Shown here: one piece after another, positions 31,572 through 40,405 of the stretch | How positions within the stretch are numbered: position 1 is the first letter of the stretch | Layout of the letters: each line of letters opens with the position of its first letter | Source: Gammaproteobacteria bacterium | GTDB lineage: Bacteria > Pseudomonadota > Gammaproteobacteria > Magnimaribacterales > D2472 | Assembly: GCA_965656035.1 (NCBI GenBank) | Contig: CBFHIO010000004.1 | Span: 1-42,038, forward strand | Length of the DNA: 42,038 nucleotides | Direction of reading: 5' to 3' | The notes under the pieces: model-generated | The model's database searches: none | Told to the model about the DNA's origin: nothing | The model's input: only the letters and a program-made list of their open reading frames with translations | Made by a program: the position numbers and the translations under genes

Positions 31572-32410
31572 TGAATGGTTTTTTTCTTTTAAACAAAGAA
31601 AAAGGTATAACCTCTAATCAACTTGTTCAAAATATTAAAAAAGGTTTGAGGCTCAAAAAAGTTGGCCATTTGGGAACACTGGACCCAATGGCAACTGGAT
31701 TAATGGTAATTGCAGTTAATAGGGCTACAAAGTTTTCTAGTTATTTCTTAGAATCTGATAAAAGTTATTGTGCAACTATAAAACTCGGGTCTTCAACCGA
31801 TACCGATGATGCACTAGGTAAAATTATAGAAACTTCAAACAACCTCCCAACTGAAGAAAATACTCACGAAGCTCTAAAATCATTTATTGGAAAGTCATTT
31901 CAGATAGCACCTTTTTATTCTGCTTTGAAGCATAAGGGTAAACCATTATACCAATATGCTAGGGAGGGAGATTTGATATTGAAACCACCAAGAGAAATTA
32001 ATGTTTTCTCAATAAAAGATTTTATTTTTGATCACGATGAGTGCTCTTTCTTAATTCATTGCTCAAAAGGAACCTATATTAGGTCGATTGCAAGAGATTT
32101 AGGAAAAAAACTTGGTTGTGGTGCTCATCTAGCAGGACTAAAAAGAGTATCTCAAGGAAAATTTAATATAAATGATGCATCAATTGTTGAGGAAGTTGAA
32201 ATAAAAAATTTAATATCGATTGAAGAGGCATTCAAAGAATTTTCTGCTATTAAATTACAAAATGATCAATTAAAGATTTTCTTAAATGGCAGTAAAGTAA
32301 AAAACATTAATAGTGAAGATAATGACTATAGAATTTATGATTTATCATCAGCTTTTCTGGGCCTTGGTAATGTGTCTAATAATGTTCTAGCCTTAAAACG
32401 ACTTGTTTAA
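31571..32410 (+). CDS. truB: tRNA pseudouridine(55) synthase
   Basis: Motifs GHLGTLDPMATG, YSALKHKGKPLYQYAR and CSKGTYIRSIARDLG. Confidence 0.95.
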   Translation: MNGFFLLNKEKGITSNQLVQNIKKGLRLKKVGHLGTLDPMATGLMVIAVNRATKFSSYFLESDKSYCATIKLGSSTDTDDALGKIIETSNNLPTEENTHEALKSFIGKSFQIAPFYSALKHKGKPLYQYAREGDLILKPPREINVFSIKDFIFDHDECSFLIHCSKGTYIRSIARDLGKKLGCGAHLAGLKRVSQGKFNINDASIVEEVEIKNLISIEEAFKEFSAIKLQNDQLKIFLNGSKVKNINSEDNDYRIYDLSSAFLGLGNVSNNVLALKRLV

Positions 32411-32431
32411 TGGCTAGATTAGTTATAAGAT
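32403..32431 (+). promoter_or_regulatory. candidate sigma70 promoter for rpsO-pnp
   Basis: TTGTTT, 17 nt spacer, TAAGAT. Confidence 0.45.
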
Positions 32432-32497
32432 TCGCACGCTTACTTTAGTTGTACGAGGTTTGCATTTTTATTAATAAGTACATCGAGGAATATAAAT

Positions 32498-32767
32498 ATG
32501 GCACTTTTAGCTAACGAAAAAGAAAAAATTGTTGGAAAATTTCAAAGAACAGATAACGATACAGGATCTCCTGAAGTTCAAATTGCGTTGTTAACAGAAA
32601 ATATCAATAAATTACAAAGTCATTTTAAAACACATAAAAAAGACCACCATTCAAGAACAGGATTAATAAGAATGGTAAACCTAAGAAGAAAGCTTTTAGC
32701 CTATCTAAAAAGAAAAAACCTAGATAGTTATAAAGAGGTTGTAAAGGAATTAAAACTTCGTGGTTAA
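32498..32767 (+). CDS. rpsO: 30S ribosomal protein S15
   Basis: Motifs [13 protein letters not shown] and [17 protein letters not shown]. Confidence 0.97.
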   Translation: MALLANEKEKIVGKFQRTDNDTGSPEVQIALLTENINKLQSHFKTHKKDHHSRTGLIRMVNLRRKLLAYLKRKNLDSYKEVVKELKLRG

Positions 32768-32793
32768 TAAAAAATACATAAATAAGGATAATC

Positions 32794-34926
32794 GTGGAAA
32801 ATAATAAATTAGAATCTACATCTGTAGAGTTTCAGTATGGAAACAAATTAGTAAAATTAGAAACAAATAAAATCGCAAGACAAGCTACCGCTGCAGTTGT
32901 TGTAACAATTGATGATTTGGTTGTTCTCACAACTGTAGTTGCAAAAAAAGAAGCAGATCCTGGAAAAGATTTTTTTCCATTAGCTGTTTTTTATCAAGAA
33001 AAATTTTATGCAACAGGAGTAATTCCTGGAGGGTTCTTTAAAAGAGAGGCAAGGCCCACTGAAAGAGAAACACTAACATCAAGGCTAATTGATAGGCCAA
33101 TTAGACCTTTATTCCCAGAAGACTTCAAAAATGAGGTTCAAGTCTTTTCAACAGTGATGTCATCAGGCAAAGATCAAAATCCTGATATAGCTGCCATGAT
33201 AGGTGCTTCAGCAGCCTTGTGTGTTGCCGGTGTCCCATTTGATGGACCAATGGGAGCTGCCAGAGTTGGATTTATAGACGGAAGTTATGTTTTAAATCCA
33301 ACATTTACAGAACTAGAAGAATCATATCTTGATATGGTTGTAGCTGGAACTGAACAAGCAGTTCTGATGGTTGAGTCAGAGGCAAAAGAATTAAATGAAG
33401 ATCTTATGCTTGGAGCAGTTTTATTTGGTCATCAAGAAATGCAAGTAGTTATTAATGCATGTAAAGAACTCAAAGAAAAAGCAGGAAAAGAGGATTGGGC
33501 CATTACACCAGATGAAGAGACGCCTAGTTATTATTCCGAGCTTAAAGATAAATATACAGATCAGATTAAAAATGCTTTTACAATAAAAATTAAATCTGAA
33601 AGATCAGAAGCAATCAGCAAAATTAAAGAAGATATTGTTAATTCATACCCTGAAGCTGATGACATTCAATTAGGAAAAATTTTAGGTGCGTTTAAAAATC
33701 TTGAGAAAGACATAGTAAGACAAAATATTTTAAGCAATCAGCCAAGGATTGACGGAAGAGATACAGATACAGTAAGACCAATCTTTATTGAAACCGATGT
33801 TCTTCCAAGCGCTCACGGATCATCTTTATTTACCAGAGGTGAAACACAAGCAATTGTTGTTGCAACATTAGGCTCATCAAGAGATGCTCAAAGAATTGAA
33901 GCTATAGAAGGACAAGGAACTGACAATTTTATGTTGCATTATAATTTTCCAGCATACAGTGTTGGAGAAATTGGAATGCCAATGGGTCCTAAAAGAAGAG
34001 AAATTGGACATGGAAATTTAGCTAAAAGAGCGATTAAAGCAGTATTACCGGATGTAACAGACTTTGGATACACAATGAGAGTTGTATCTGAGATTACTGA
34101 ATCTAATGGTTCAAGCTCAATGGCATCAGTATGTGGTACTTCCTTATCATTAATGGATGCCGGAGTTCCTATCTCAAGCCCAGTTGCAGGTATAGCAATG
34201 GGGCTAATTAAAGAAGGCGATGACTTTGCTGTACTTACTGACATTCTTGGTGATGAAGATCATCTAGGTGATATGGATTTTAAAGTAGCCGGAACAGAAA
34301 CAGGAATCACAGCTCTTCAAATGGATATTAAAATCCAAGGCATTAATGAAGCAATTATGGAAGTTGCTTTAACAAAAGCAAAAGCTGCAAGGACTCATAT
34401 TCTAGGAATTATGAATGCAGCTATTTCAGCCCCAAAAGATTTATCCGAAAATGCTCCTGCAATGAAAACTTTTATGGTTGATAAAGATAAGATTAAAGAG
34501 ATTATCGGTAAGGGTGGAGCAGTCATAAAATCAATGCAAGAAAAAACTGGAGCAACAGTTGACATTGATGATGACGGAACTGTTTCAGTCTTTGGTCAAA
34601 ATCAATCTTCAATGCAAGCTTGTCTTGAAATAATTGAGGGTATCCTTGAGGAGCCTGAACTGGACAAGGTTTACAAAGGTACTGTTGTCAAAATAGTTGA
34701 TTTTGGTGCTTTTGTTAACATTCTCCCTGGTAAGGATGGATTGTTGCATATATCTGAAATTGCTCATGAGCGAACAGAGGATGTGAGTGCTGTTCTATCA
34801 GAGGGACAGGAAATTGATGTAAAACTTATAGGCTTTGATAGAGGTAAGATGAAATTATCAGCTAAAGCCTTGATTAAAAAAGAAAATAAAGAAGATACTG
34901 AATCAGGTAATATTTCTGAAGAATAA
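32794..34926 (+). CDS. pnp: polyribonucleotide nucleotidyltransferase
   Basis: Motifs [42 protein letters not shown] and [12 protein letters not shown], plus KH and S1 domains. Confidence 0.97.
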   Translation: MENNKLESTSVEFQYGNKLVKLETNKIARQATAAVVVTIDDLVVLTTVVAKKEADPGKDFFPLAVFYQEKFYATGVIPGGFFKREARPTERETLTSRLIDRPIRPLFPEDFKNEVQVFSTVMSSGKDQNPDIAAMIGASAALCVAGVPFDGPMGAARVGFIDGSYVLNPTFTELEESYLDMVVAGTEQAVLMVESEAKELNEDLMLGAVLFGHQEMQVVINACKELKEKAGKEDWAITPDEETPSYYSELKDKYTDQIKNAFTIKIKSERSEAISKIKEDIVNSYPEADDIQLGKILGAFKNLEKDIVRQNILSNQPRIDGRDTDTVRPIFIETDVLPSAHGSSLFTRGETQAIVVATLGSSRDAQRIEAIEGQGTDNFMLHYNFPAYSVGEIGMPMGPKRREIGHGNLAKRAIKAVLPDVTDFGYTMRVVSEITESNGSSSMASVCGTSLSLMDAGVPISSPVAGIAMGLIKEGDDFAVLTDILGDEDHLGDMDFKVAGTETGITALQMDIKIQGINEAIMEVALTKAKAARTHILGIMNAAISAPKDLSENAPAMKTFMVDKDKIKEIIGKGGAVIKSMQEKTGATVDIDDDGTVSVFGQNQSSMQACLEIIEGILEEPELDKVYKGTVVKIVDFGAFVNILPGKDGLLHISEIAHERTEDVSAVLSEGQEIDVKLIGFDRGKMKLSAKALIKKENKEDTESGNISEE

Positions 34927-34951
34927 ATCTCTGTAAAACTTTTAAACTTTT

Positions 34952-34982
34952 AAAACCGAAAAGTCAAATTTTCGGTTTTTTT
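34952..34982 (+). terminator. intrinsic terminator after pnp
   Basis: AAAACCGAAAA-GTCAAA-TTTTCGGTTTT followed by additional Ts. Confidence 0.8.
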
Positions 34983-35065
34983 ATGTTCACAAAATTTGAA
35001 TACTATAGTTTTTTATGGTCTTATATTTTTGCAAATCATAAAAAACCTAATAGGGGGGAATAATT

Positions 35066-35284
35066 ATGGATAATGCGCTTAATATGATCGGTGGCCTGGT
35101 TAAAAGTCTAACAAGTATACTTGTGGGCGTTGTAGGGCTTGGAGTTGTAGCTGGAGTTGTATTCGGTGACACTTGGTTCTTTGGAGATGTTCTAAATAAT
35201 TTAGTTGCTCTAATTCAAGGACTTGGTGATGCTGGATTGGTGGGACTTTTAGCAGCAGCTATCCTAATCGGATTGCTTAAGTAA
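35066..35284 (+). CDS. small Gly/Val/Leu-rich two-helix membrane protein of unknown function (72 aa)
   Basis: Strong SD (AGGGGGG) 8 nt upstream, two hydrophobic segments, clear similarity to the next ORF. Confidence 0.85.
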   Translation: MDNALNMIGGLVKSLTSILVGVVGLGVVAGVVFGDTWFFGDVLNNLVALIQGLGDAGLVGLLAAAILIGLLK

Positions 35285-35298
35285 GCTAATTTGCTTAA

Positions 35299-35327
35299 AC
35301 TGGGAGAAGATAATATCCTCTCCCAGT
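35299..35327 (+). promoter_or_regulatory. intergenic stem-loop without U-tract between the two small genes
   Basis: ACTGGGAGA-A-GAT-AAT-ATC-C-TCTCCCAGT: 9-bp perfect stem plus 3 more bp after one mismatch. Confidence 0.7.
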
Positions 35328-35335
35328 ACTTATTA

Positions 35336-35572
35336 ATGTTTAATCTTACCTTTACTAAAATTAAAAACTTTTTAAATAAAGTAATCGATGTACTTATACC
35401 TGTTGTGGTCGTAATGTTGCTTTTAGGTATAGTATTCGGTCCCTCTGCTCCAGTTGTTGGAGAAATTTATACTAATGTATCATCAATTCTTGCAATGCTC
35501 GGTGAGGATGGTTTGTTAGCTTTGGTAGCAATAGCTATCATTATTGCTTATTTAAATAAAAATAAAGAATAA
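35336..35572 (+). CDS. small two-helix membrane protein of unknown function (78 aa), paralog of 35066..35284
   Basis: ATG 35336 preferred over TTG 35291, which would translate through the hairpin. GIVFG...GEIYTNV..ILAMLGEDGLLALVA aligns with GVVFG...GDVLNNL..LIQGLGDAGLVGLLA. Confidence 0.78.
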   Translation: MFNLTFTKIKNFLNKVIDVLIPVVVVMLLLGIVFGPSAPVVGEIYTNVSSILAMLGEDGLLALVAIAIIIAYLNKNKE

Positions 35573-35583
35573 TTTATAATGTT

Positions 35584-35660
35584 TGGTGGCTATGGGTGGA
35601 ATTGAACCACCGACCCCAGCGTTATGAGTGCTGTGCTCTAACCATCTGAGCTACATAGCC
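35584..35660 (-). tRNA. elongator tRNA-Met(CAT)
   Basis: Reverse complement GGCTATGTAGCTCAGATGGTTAGAGCACAGCACTCATAACGCTGGGGTCGGTGGTTCAATTCCACCCATAGCCACCA: GGCTA acceptor stem like E. coli metT, paired 1:72. Confidence 0.93.
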
Positions 35661-35669
35661 AGTCGTTGA

Positions 35670-35697
35670 ATGATAAGTCCTAGAATCCAAGAGTCAA
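35670..35697 (-). promoter_or_regulatory. sigma70 promoter for tRNA-Met
   Basis: Minus strand TTGACT, 16 nt spacer, TATCAT. Confidence 0.6.
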
Positions 35698-35715
35698 TAT
35701 TTTTTTTCATTAACT

Positions 35716-36804
35716 TTAAACATTAAATTTAAAATGAATGACATCACCATCTTTAACGATATATTCCTTTCCCTCTAATCTTAATTTACCTCTTTCTTTT
35801 GCACCAGATTCTCCATGACATTCAATATAATCTTCAAAACTAATAACTTCAGCTTTAATAAAACCTCTTTCAAAATCAGTATGTATTACTCCAGCTGCAT
35901 TTGGGGCTGTTGAATTATTTTTGATAGTCCAAGCTCTTATTTCTTGAGGTCCAGCAGTAAAATATGTTTGAAGCCCAAGCAGATCATATCCTTTAAAAAT
36001 AATTTTATTAAGAACAGGCTCATCCATATTCATTAATTCTAAATACTCTTTTCTTTCCTCGTCATCCAAAACAGCTATTTCTTGTTCAATTTTAATTGAA
36101 GTTGGTATTACAACGTTTCTAGATTCATTTGCAAATTCTATTAATCTATTTAATGCGATATTAGAAGATCCATCATCTGAAACATTAGCAATATAAAATG
36201 TTGGCTTTGAGCTAAGTAGCTGAAATTTTTTTATAATTATTTTTTCATCTTCATGAAAGCTATCAATATCTATAAGTTTTCCCTTATCAAGCTCATCTTT
36301 AATTTTTAACAAGATCTCATATTCAGTTTTATTTTGTTTATCATTAGTTTTAAGGAGTTTTTCACATTTCAAAATTCTTTTCGCGACTGAATCTAGATCA
36401 GACATTATTAATTCAAGATTTATTATTTCCGCATCTCTTACAGGATCAATTGATCCATCAACATGCGTAATGTTCTCATCTTCAAAACATCTTACAACAT
36501 GAGCGAGAGCATTCATTTCTCTTATGTTAGATAGGAATGCATTTCCCAGACCTTCACCCTGTGAGGCTCCTTTAACCAGACCTGCTATATCGACTAGATC
36601 TAGACTTGCTGGGATAATTTTTTTTGAGTTTACGATATCATTAAGTTGCTTTAATCTTTTATCAGGAAGGGGAACTTTGCCTATATTTGGCTCAATAGTG
36701 CAAAAAGGGAAATTTTCTGCTGGTATTGAAGAATTTGTTAAAGCATTAAAAAGAGTGGATTTACCTACATTAGGAAGCCCAACAATGCCGCATTTGAATC
36801 CCAT
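35716..36804 (-). CDS. ychF: Obg-family ATPase YchF
   Basis: Starts MGFKCGIVGLPNVGKSTLFNALT; motifs NFPFCTIEPN, DIAGLVKGAS.GEGLGN.FL, IHTDFERGFI and a TGS C-terminus. True start ATG 36804. Confidence 0.96.
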   Translation of the reverse strand: MGFKCGIVGLPNVGKSTLFNALTNSSIPAENFPFCTIEPNIGKVPLPDKRLKQLNDIVNSKKIIPASLDLVDIAGLVKGASQGEGLGNAFLSNIREMNALAHVVRCFEDENITHVDGSIDPVRDAEIINLELIMSDLDSVAKRILKCEKLLKTNDKQNKTEYEILLKIKDELDKGKLIDIDSFHEDEKIIIKKFQLLSSKPTFYIANVSDDGSSNIALNRLIEFANESRNVVIPTSIKIEQEIAVLDDEERKEYLELMNMDEPVLNKIIFKGYDLLGLQTYFTAGPQEIRAWTIKNNSTAPNAAGVIHTDFERGFIKAEVISFEDYIECHGESGAKERGKLRLEGKEYIVKDGDVIHFKFNV

Positions 36805-36805
36805 A

Positions 36806-37372
36806 TTATTTTGTATGCAATGTTTTTTGTAATTTAGAAAATTCTTGATTGCATAATGTATCAAAATTTAAAGAAAACAAATCGAAAGCTTTATCAATAT
36901 ACACTTTATCGGTTGGATGAAATTTATTTAATACCCAATTAGAAACCATATCTTTATGCCCAGGATGGCCTATACCAATTCTTATTCTTAAATAGTCTTT
37001 AGAGCCAGTTTTTTCAAATATATCTTTAAGACCATTATGACCACCATGACCACCGCCTTCTTTAAACCTTACCTCCCCAGGGTTTAAATCTAAATCATCA
37101 TGAAAGATTATAATTTTATTAATGGGAAGATTGATATTTTTTAACAGTTTAGAAACAGTGCGCCCACTACTATTTACATAATTGTCAGGAACAACCCAAA
37201 AGATTTCTTCTGCATGTGAGTGAGTTATATCTGCTTCAATATTACTTTTTGCAACAAAGTCAGAGCAATGCGATTTACTGAGTTTCAATAACCATTCTTT
37301 GCCAATATTATGTCTAGTATCATTATATTTTGTTCCAGGGTTTCCTAGACCAATTAAGCAAAGCTTGAGCAC
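36806..37372 (-). CDS. pth: peptidyl-tRNA hydrolase
   Basis: Motifs GLGNPG..Y..TRHNIG, HDDLDL, GGHGGHNGLKDI and RIRIGIGHPG. Confidence 0.95.
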   Translation of the reverse strand: MLKLCLIGLGNPGTKYNDTRHNIGKEWLLKLSKSHCSDFVAKSNIEADITHSHAEEIFWVVPDNYVNSSGRTVSKLLKNINLPINKIIIFHDDLDLNPGEVRFKEGGGHGGHNGLKDIFEKTGSKDYLRIRIGIGHPGHKDMVSNWVLNKFHPTDKVYIDKAFDLFSLNFDTLCNQEFSKLQKTLHTK

Positions 37373-37374
37373 TT

Positions 37375-38058
37375 TTAGCTCTCTTCAGATCCTTCTGCAG
37401 AGTCTTCAGATTCTGATTCTTTAATGCTTTCTTCTGCAGCGCCTTCTTCACCTTCTTCAGTAACTGGCTCTTTTTCAACAGCTTTAGGAGCAGTAACAGA
37501 TACAACCAACTGATCAGTTTCTTCTGTAAGGCCAGAAATCTCAGACCCCTCAGGTAAAGCAATTTCGGTAAGTCTTATTGAAGCACCCAATCCAAGTTCT
37601 GAAACGTCTATATCTATTGATTCAGGTATATTTCCAGCTAAACACATAATCTCAACTTCTCTGATAGCTTTTGTTAATAAGCCACCATCATTTTTAACTC
37701 CAATACAATCTTCTTCATTGACAAAGTTGATAGGAATAACAACTTTTAGTTTAGTTTTTTTAGATACTCTTTGAAAGTCAGCGTGAAGAAATTTGCCTTT
37801 AGCAGGATCTCTTTGCAGTTCTTTTAATACAACTTTCTCTTCAATATCACCGTTTTTAATTAGAAGAACCTGAGTATAAAAAAGCTCATTTTGAGAAGCT
37901 TTGGTTAGCTCATTAAGATGTAACTTTAAATTTAAAGACTCTTTTTCATCTCCATAAACTATTGCTGGAACCATTCCATCAACTTTTCTAATAACTCTAG
38001 CTTTATTAGATCCAGTTCTTTCTCTTGTTTCAGCATTTAAAACTATTTGATCGCTCAT
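37375..38058 (-). CDS. rplY: 50S ribosomal protein L25/general stress protein Ctc (long form)
   Basis: Motifs VPAIVYG and LQRDP....LHADFQRV, a C-terminal beta domain and an acidic tail. Confidence 0.93.
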   Translation of the reverse strand: MSDQIVLNAETRERTGSNKARVIRKVDGMVPAIVYGDEKESLNLKLHLNELTKASQNELFYTQVLLIKNGDIEEKVVLKELQRDPAKGKFLHADFQRVSKKTKLKVVIPINFVNEEDCIGVKNDGGLLTKAIREVEIMCLAGNIPESIDIDVSELGLGASIRLTEIALPEGSEISGLTEETDQLVVSVTAPKAVEKEPVTEEGEEGAAEESIKESESEDSAEGSEES

Positions 38059-38067
38059 AATATCCTC

Positions 38068-39021
38068 TTATATAAACATCTCACTCAGAGACTCTTCATT
38101 GCTTAATCTTTTGATGCATTCTGCAATTGTCGCACCTAAAGAAATGACGCGTATTTTACTGCATTTTTTACCTTCATGTGACAATGGAATTGAATTTGTT
38201 ACCACAAGTTCATCAATTTCTGACTTATTTAATCTTTCTATTGCTGGACCAGAAAGTACAGGATGAGTAATATATGCTTTTACGCCTGCTGCACCATGAT
38301 TTTTTAATGCTTTAGCAGCATTGCACAATGTTCCAGCTGTATCAATTATATCATCAGGCACTATACAAATTTTACCCTCAATATCACCAATAATATTCAT
38401 TACCTCTGATTGGTTTTCAGAAGCTCTTCTTTTATCAATGATTGCTAAGTCAGCATCATTTAATTGTTTTGCTAAAGCTCTAGATCGAACTACACCACCA
38501 ACATCCGGAGAAACCACAACAATATTATTATCTGGATTATTTTCTTTAATATGATTAACCATCAATTTAGTTGCATAGACATTATCAGCAGGCATATCAA
38601 AGAAACCTTGAATTGTCTCAGAATGAAGGTCTACAGTTAAAACTCTATCAATACCGACAGAATAAAACATATCAGCTACAACTTTTGCACTAATTGGCAC
38701 CCTTGCAGACCTAACTCTTCTGTCTTGCCTCGCATAACCGTAATAGGGAACTATAGCTGTAATTCTAGATGCGGACGATCGTTTAAGAGCATCTGCAAGT
38801 AACATTAACTCCATTAAATTTTTATTTGAAGGAGCACACGTAGATTGAAGTATAAAAGTATCATGACCTCTGACATTATCCTCAATTTGGACTTTTATTT
38901 CTCCATCCGAGAAATACCCTACATCTGCTTTAGATAATTTAACATCTAATATTTCTGCAACCTCTTGAGCTAGTTCTGGATTTGCTGATCCAGTGAAAAG
39001 ATCTAGGATTTGTTTGCTCAT
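38068..39021 (-). CDS. prs: ribose-phosphate pyrophosphokinase
   Basis: Motifs [27 protein letters not shown] and [10 protein letters not shown]. Confidence 0.96.
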   Translation of the reverse strand: MSKQILDLFTGSANPELAQEVAEILDVKLSKADVGYFSDGEIKVQIEDNVRGHDTFILQSTCAPSNKNLMELMLLADALKRSSASRITAIVPYYGYARQDRRVRSARVPISAKVVADMFYSVGIDRVLTVDLHSETIQGFFDMPADNVYATKLMVNHIKENNPDNNIVVVSPDVGGVVRSRALAKQLNDADLAIIDKRRASENQSEVMNIIGDIEGKICIVPDDIIDTAGTLCNAAKALKNHGAAGVKAYITHPVLSGPAIERLNKSEIDELVVTNSIPLSHEGKKCSKIRVISLGATIAECIKRLSNEESLSEMFI

Positions 39022-39038
39022 TCTTTTCCTCTCTTAAT

Positions 39039-39113
39039 TGGCTGGGGTGGTAGGATTCGAACCTACGCATGACGGGATCAAAACCCGTTGCCTTACCGCT
39101 TGGCTACACCCCA
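39039..39113 (-). tRNA. tRNA-Gln(TTG)
   Basis: Reverse complement TGGGGTGTAGCCAAGCGGTAAGGCAACGGGTTTTGATCCCGTCATGCGTAGGTTCGAATCCTACCACCCCAGCCA, in the canonical position between ispE and prs. Confidence 0.96.
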
Positions 39114-39116
39114 ACA

Positions 39117-39929
39117 CTACACAAACTCCTTTAAAGGCGAATATTGTAATGGTTTAGCTAAAAAGAATCTCCAATTACTTGGAATTATTTTCAAAATTTT
39201 ATCTTTTTCGACATCACTATTATATTTTATAAACATTGTTGAGCCACTACCAGAAAGATAAATCTGATGTTTTTTTGAATTTTTTTTATAAAAATCTTCC
39301 ACCTGTTTATTGCTCTTCAAAAAAATTCCCCAAAAAGAGTTCTGATCATTTTCAAACAGTTCATTTTTAATTTTTTTTGATTTCTCATAGTCTGAGAACA
39401 TTTTTTGTGTTGAATTAAATATCTTCGGGTCAATGATGATATATTTTGAAATTTCAGATTCTTTCTCTTGAAAAATATCTCCAATACCTGATGCAAATAC
39501 ATTTTTACAATTTATAAAAAATGGAACGTCTGCACCTATTGTTCTTCCAATATCCATCATTTGGCCTTGGTTTAAATTTAACCCCCATATCTTATTTAAG
39601 ATCATAATAGTTGTGGCTGCATTTGAACTACCGCCACCAAGACCTGCACCTATTGGGATATTTTTTTTAATTGTAATTTTAGCTCCACAATTTTTCTTAG
39701 AAAGCTCTTGTATAGAAACTGCAGCCTTATAAATTGTATTTTCTTTTGGATTAAGTGAAGAATTATCGGCATCAATCAAGATACCGTCTTTTGCTTGTTC
39801 AAAAGTCATAAAGTCATACAAATCAATAAATTGAAATGAAGTATCCAGATTATGATAACCATTAGAATTTTTATCTAATATTTTTAAATGAAGATTAATC
39901 TTTGCTGGAGAACTTATTGAGATCTTCAT
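39117..39929 (-). CDS. ispE: 4-diphosphocytidyl-2-C-methyl-D-erythritol kinase
   Basis: Motifs SPAKINLHL, IPIGAGLGGGSSNAA, IGADVPFF and LSGSGS. Confidence 0.93.
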   Translation of the reverse strand: MKISISSPAKINLHLKILDKNSNGYHNLDTSFQFIDLYDFMTFEQAKDGILIDADNSSLNPKENTIYKAAVSIQELSKKNCGAKITIKKNIPIGAGLGGGSSNAATTIMILNKIWGLNLNQGQMMDIGRTIGADVPFFINCKNVFASGIGDIFQEKESEISKYIIIDPKIFNSTQKMFSDYEKSKKIKNELFENDQNSFWGIFLKSNKQVEDFYKKNSKKHQIYLSGSGSTMFIKYNSDVEKDKILKIIPSNWRFFLAKPLQYSPLKEFV

Positions 39930-40405
39930 TTTTTGATTAAATACCCGCTAATTAAATTTTCTTGATAAGAAATAGCAAAATTTAACTTATTGTCTTTTAT
40001 GCTGCATGTAAGATTAAAATATGAACCTTCAATCAATTCATTAATGTTAAAGCCTCTTGATAAAAGGCATTGTCTCAACCAATATTTGAAATTTCTGTTT
40101 ACTGAATCAGGTATATAAAAAGGATTACTGTTTTTGGTTGGCACTATATTTAGATTTTTGTTCTCTCTAGCTTCAATAATCAAGACATTTCCATAAAATG
40201 GCTTCTTAAGTTGTATAATAGAATCTAGTTTAGATAAGCTTATAACTATATTTAGTGACACTGGTTCAACATTGCTTGATTCAACCAGTAACTTGCCTGA
40301 ATAAATGTTGTATTTATTATCTTTGTTAATGGTTGAGCAAGAGACAGTTATACAAACAAGAACGTAAATAAATTTTTTTATAATGGAATTACAGTTATTT
40401 GGCAT
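39926..40405 (-). CDS. putative lipoprotein, probable highly diverged LolB
   Basis: Signal-like KKFIYVLVCITVSC-S, SGKL, PFYG and LKYW-like FKYWL segments. Occupies the lolB slot between hemA and ispE. Start codon uncertain. Confidence 0.55.
   Translation of the reverse strand: MPNNCNSIIKKFIYVLVCITVSCSTINKDNKYNIYSGKLLVESSNVEPVSLNIVISLSKLDSIIQLKKPFYGNVLIIEARENKNLNIVPTKNSNPFYIPDSVNRNFKYWLRQCLLSRGFNINELIEGSYFNLTCSIKDNKLNFAISYQENLISGYLIKK

Noticed and set aside
34983-35660. Possible integrated element or prophage remnant at the tRNA-Met 3' end
   Set aside because: I found no integrase and no duplicated tRNA 3' end (att site) by eye, and the interval holds only two small genes. Ancient acquisition cannot be excluded but is unsupported.
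35584-35660. tRNA(CAT) as Ile2 (lysidine) or initiator
   Set aside because: The GGCTA acceptor stem and overall sequence match elongator Met (metT-like); 1:72 is paired and the three consecutive anticodon-stem G-C pairs are absent.
36805-36864. N-terminal extension of YchF overlapping pth
   Set aside because: Canonical YchF begins MGFKCGIVG at 36804.
37380-37460. TCTTC/TTCAG-type repeats near the rplY 3' end
   Set aside because: They are codon repeats of the acidic Glu/Ser tail of L25/Ctc, not a DNA repeat element or CRISPR array.
39022-39116. tRNA-Gln tightly embedded between ispE and prs
   Set aside because: ispE-tRNA-Gln-prs is a known conserved arrangement in many Proteobacteria; only the spacers are compressed.
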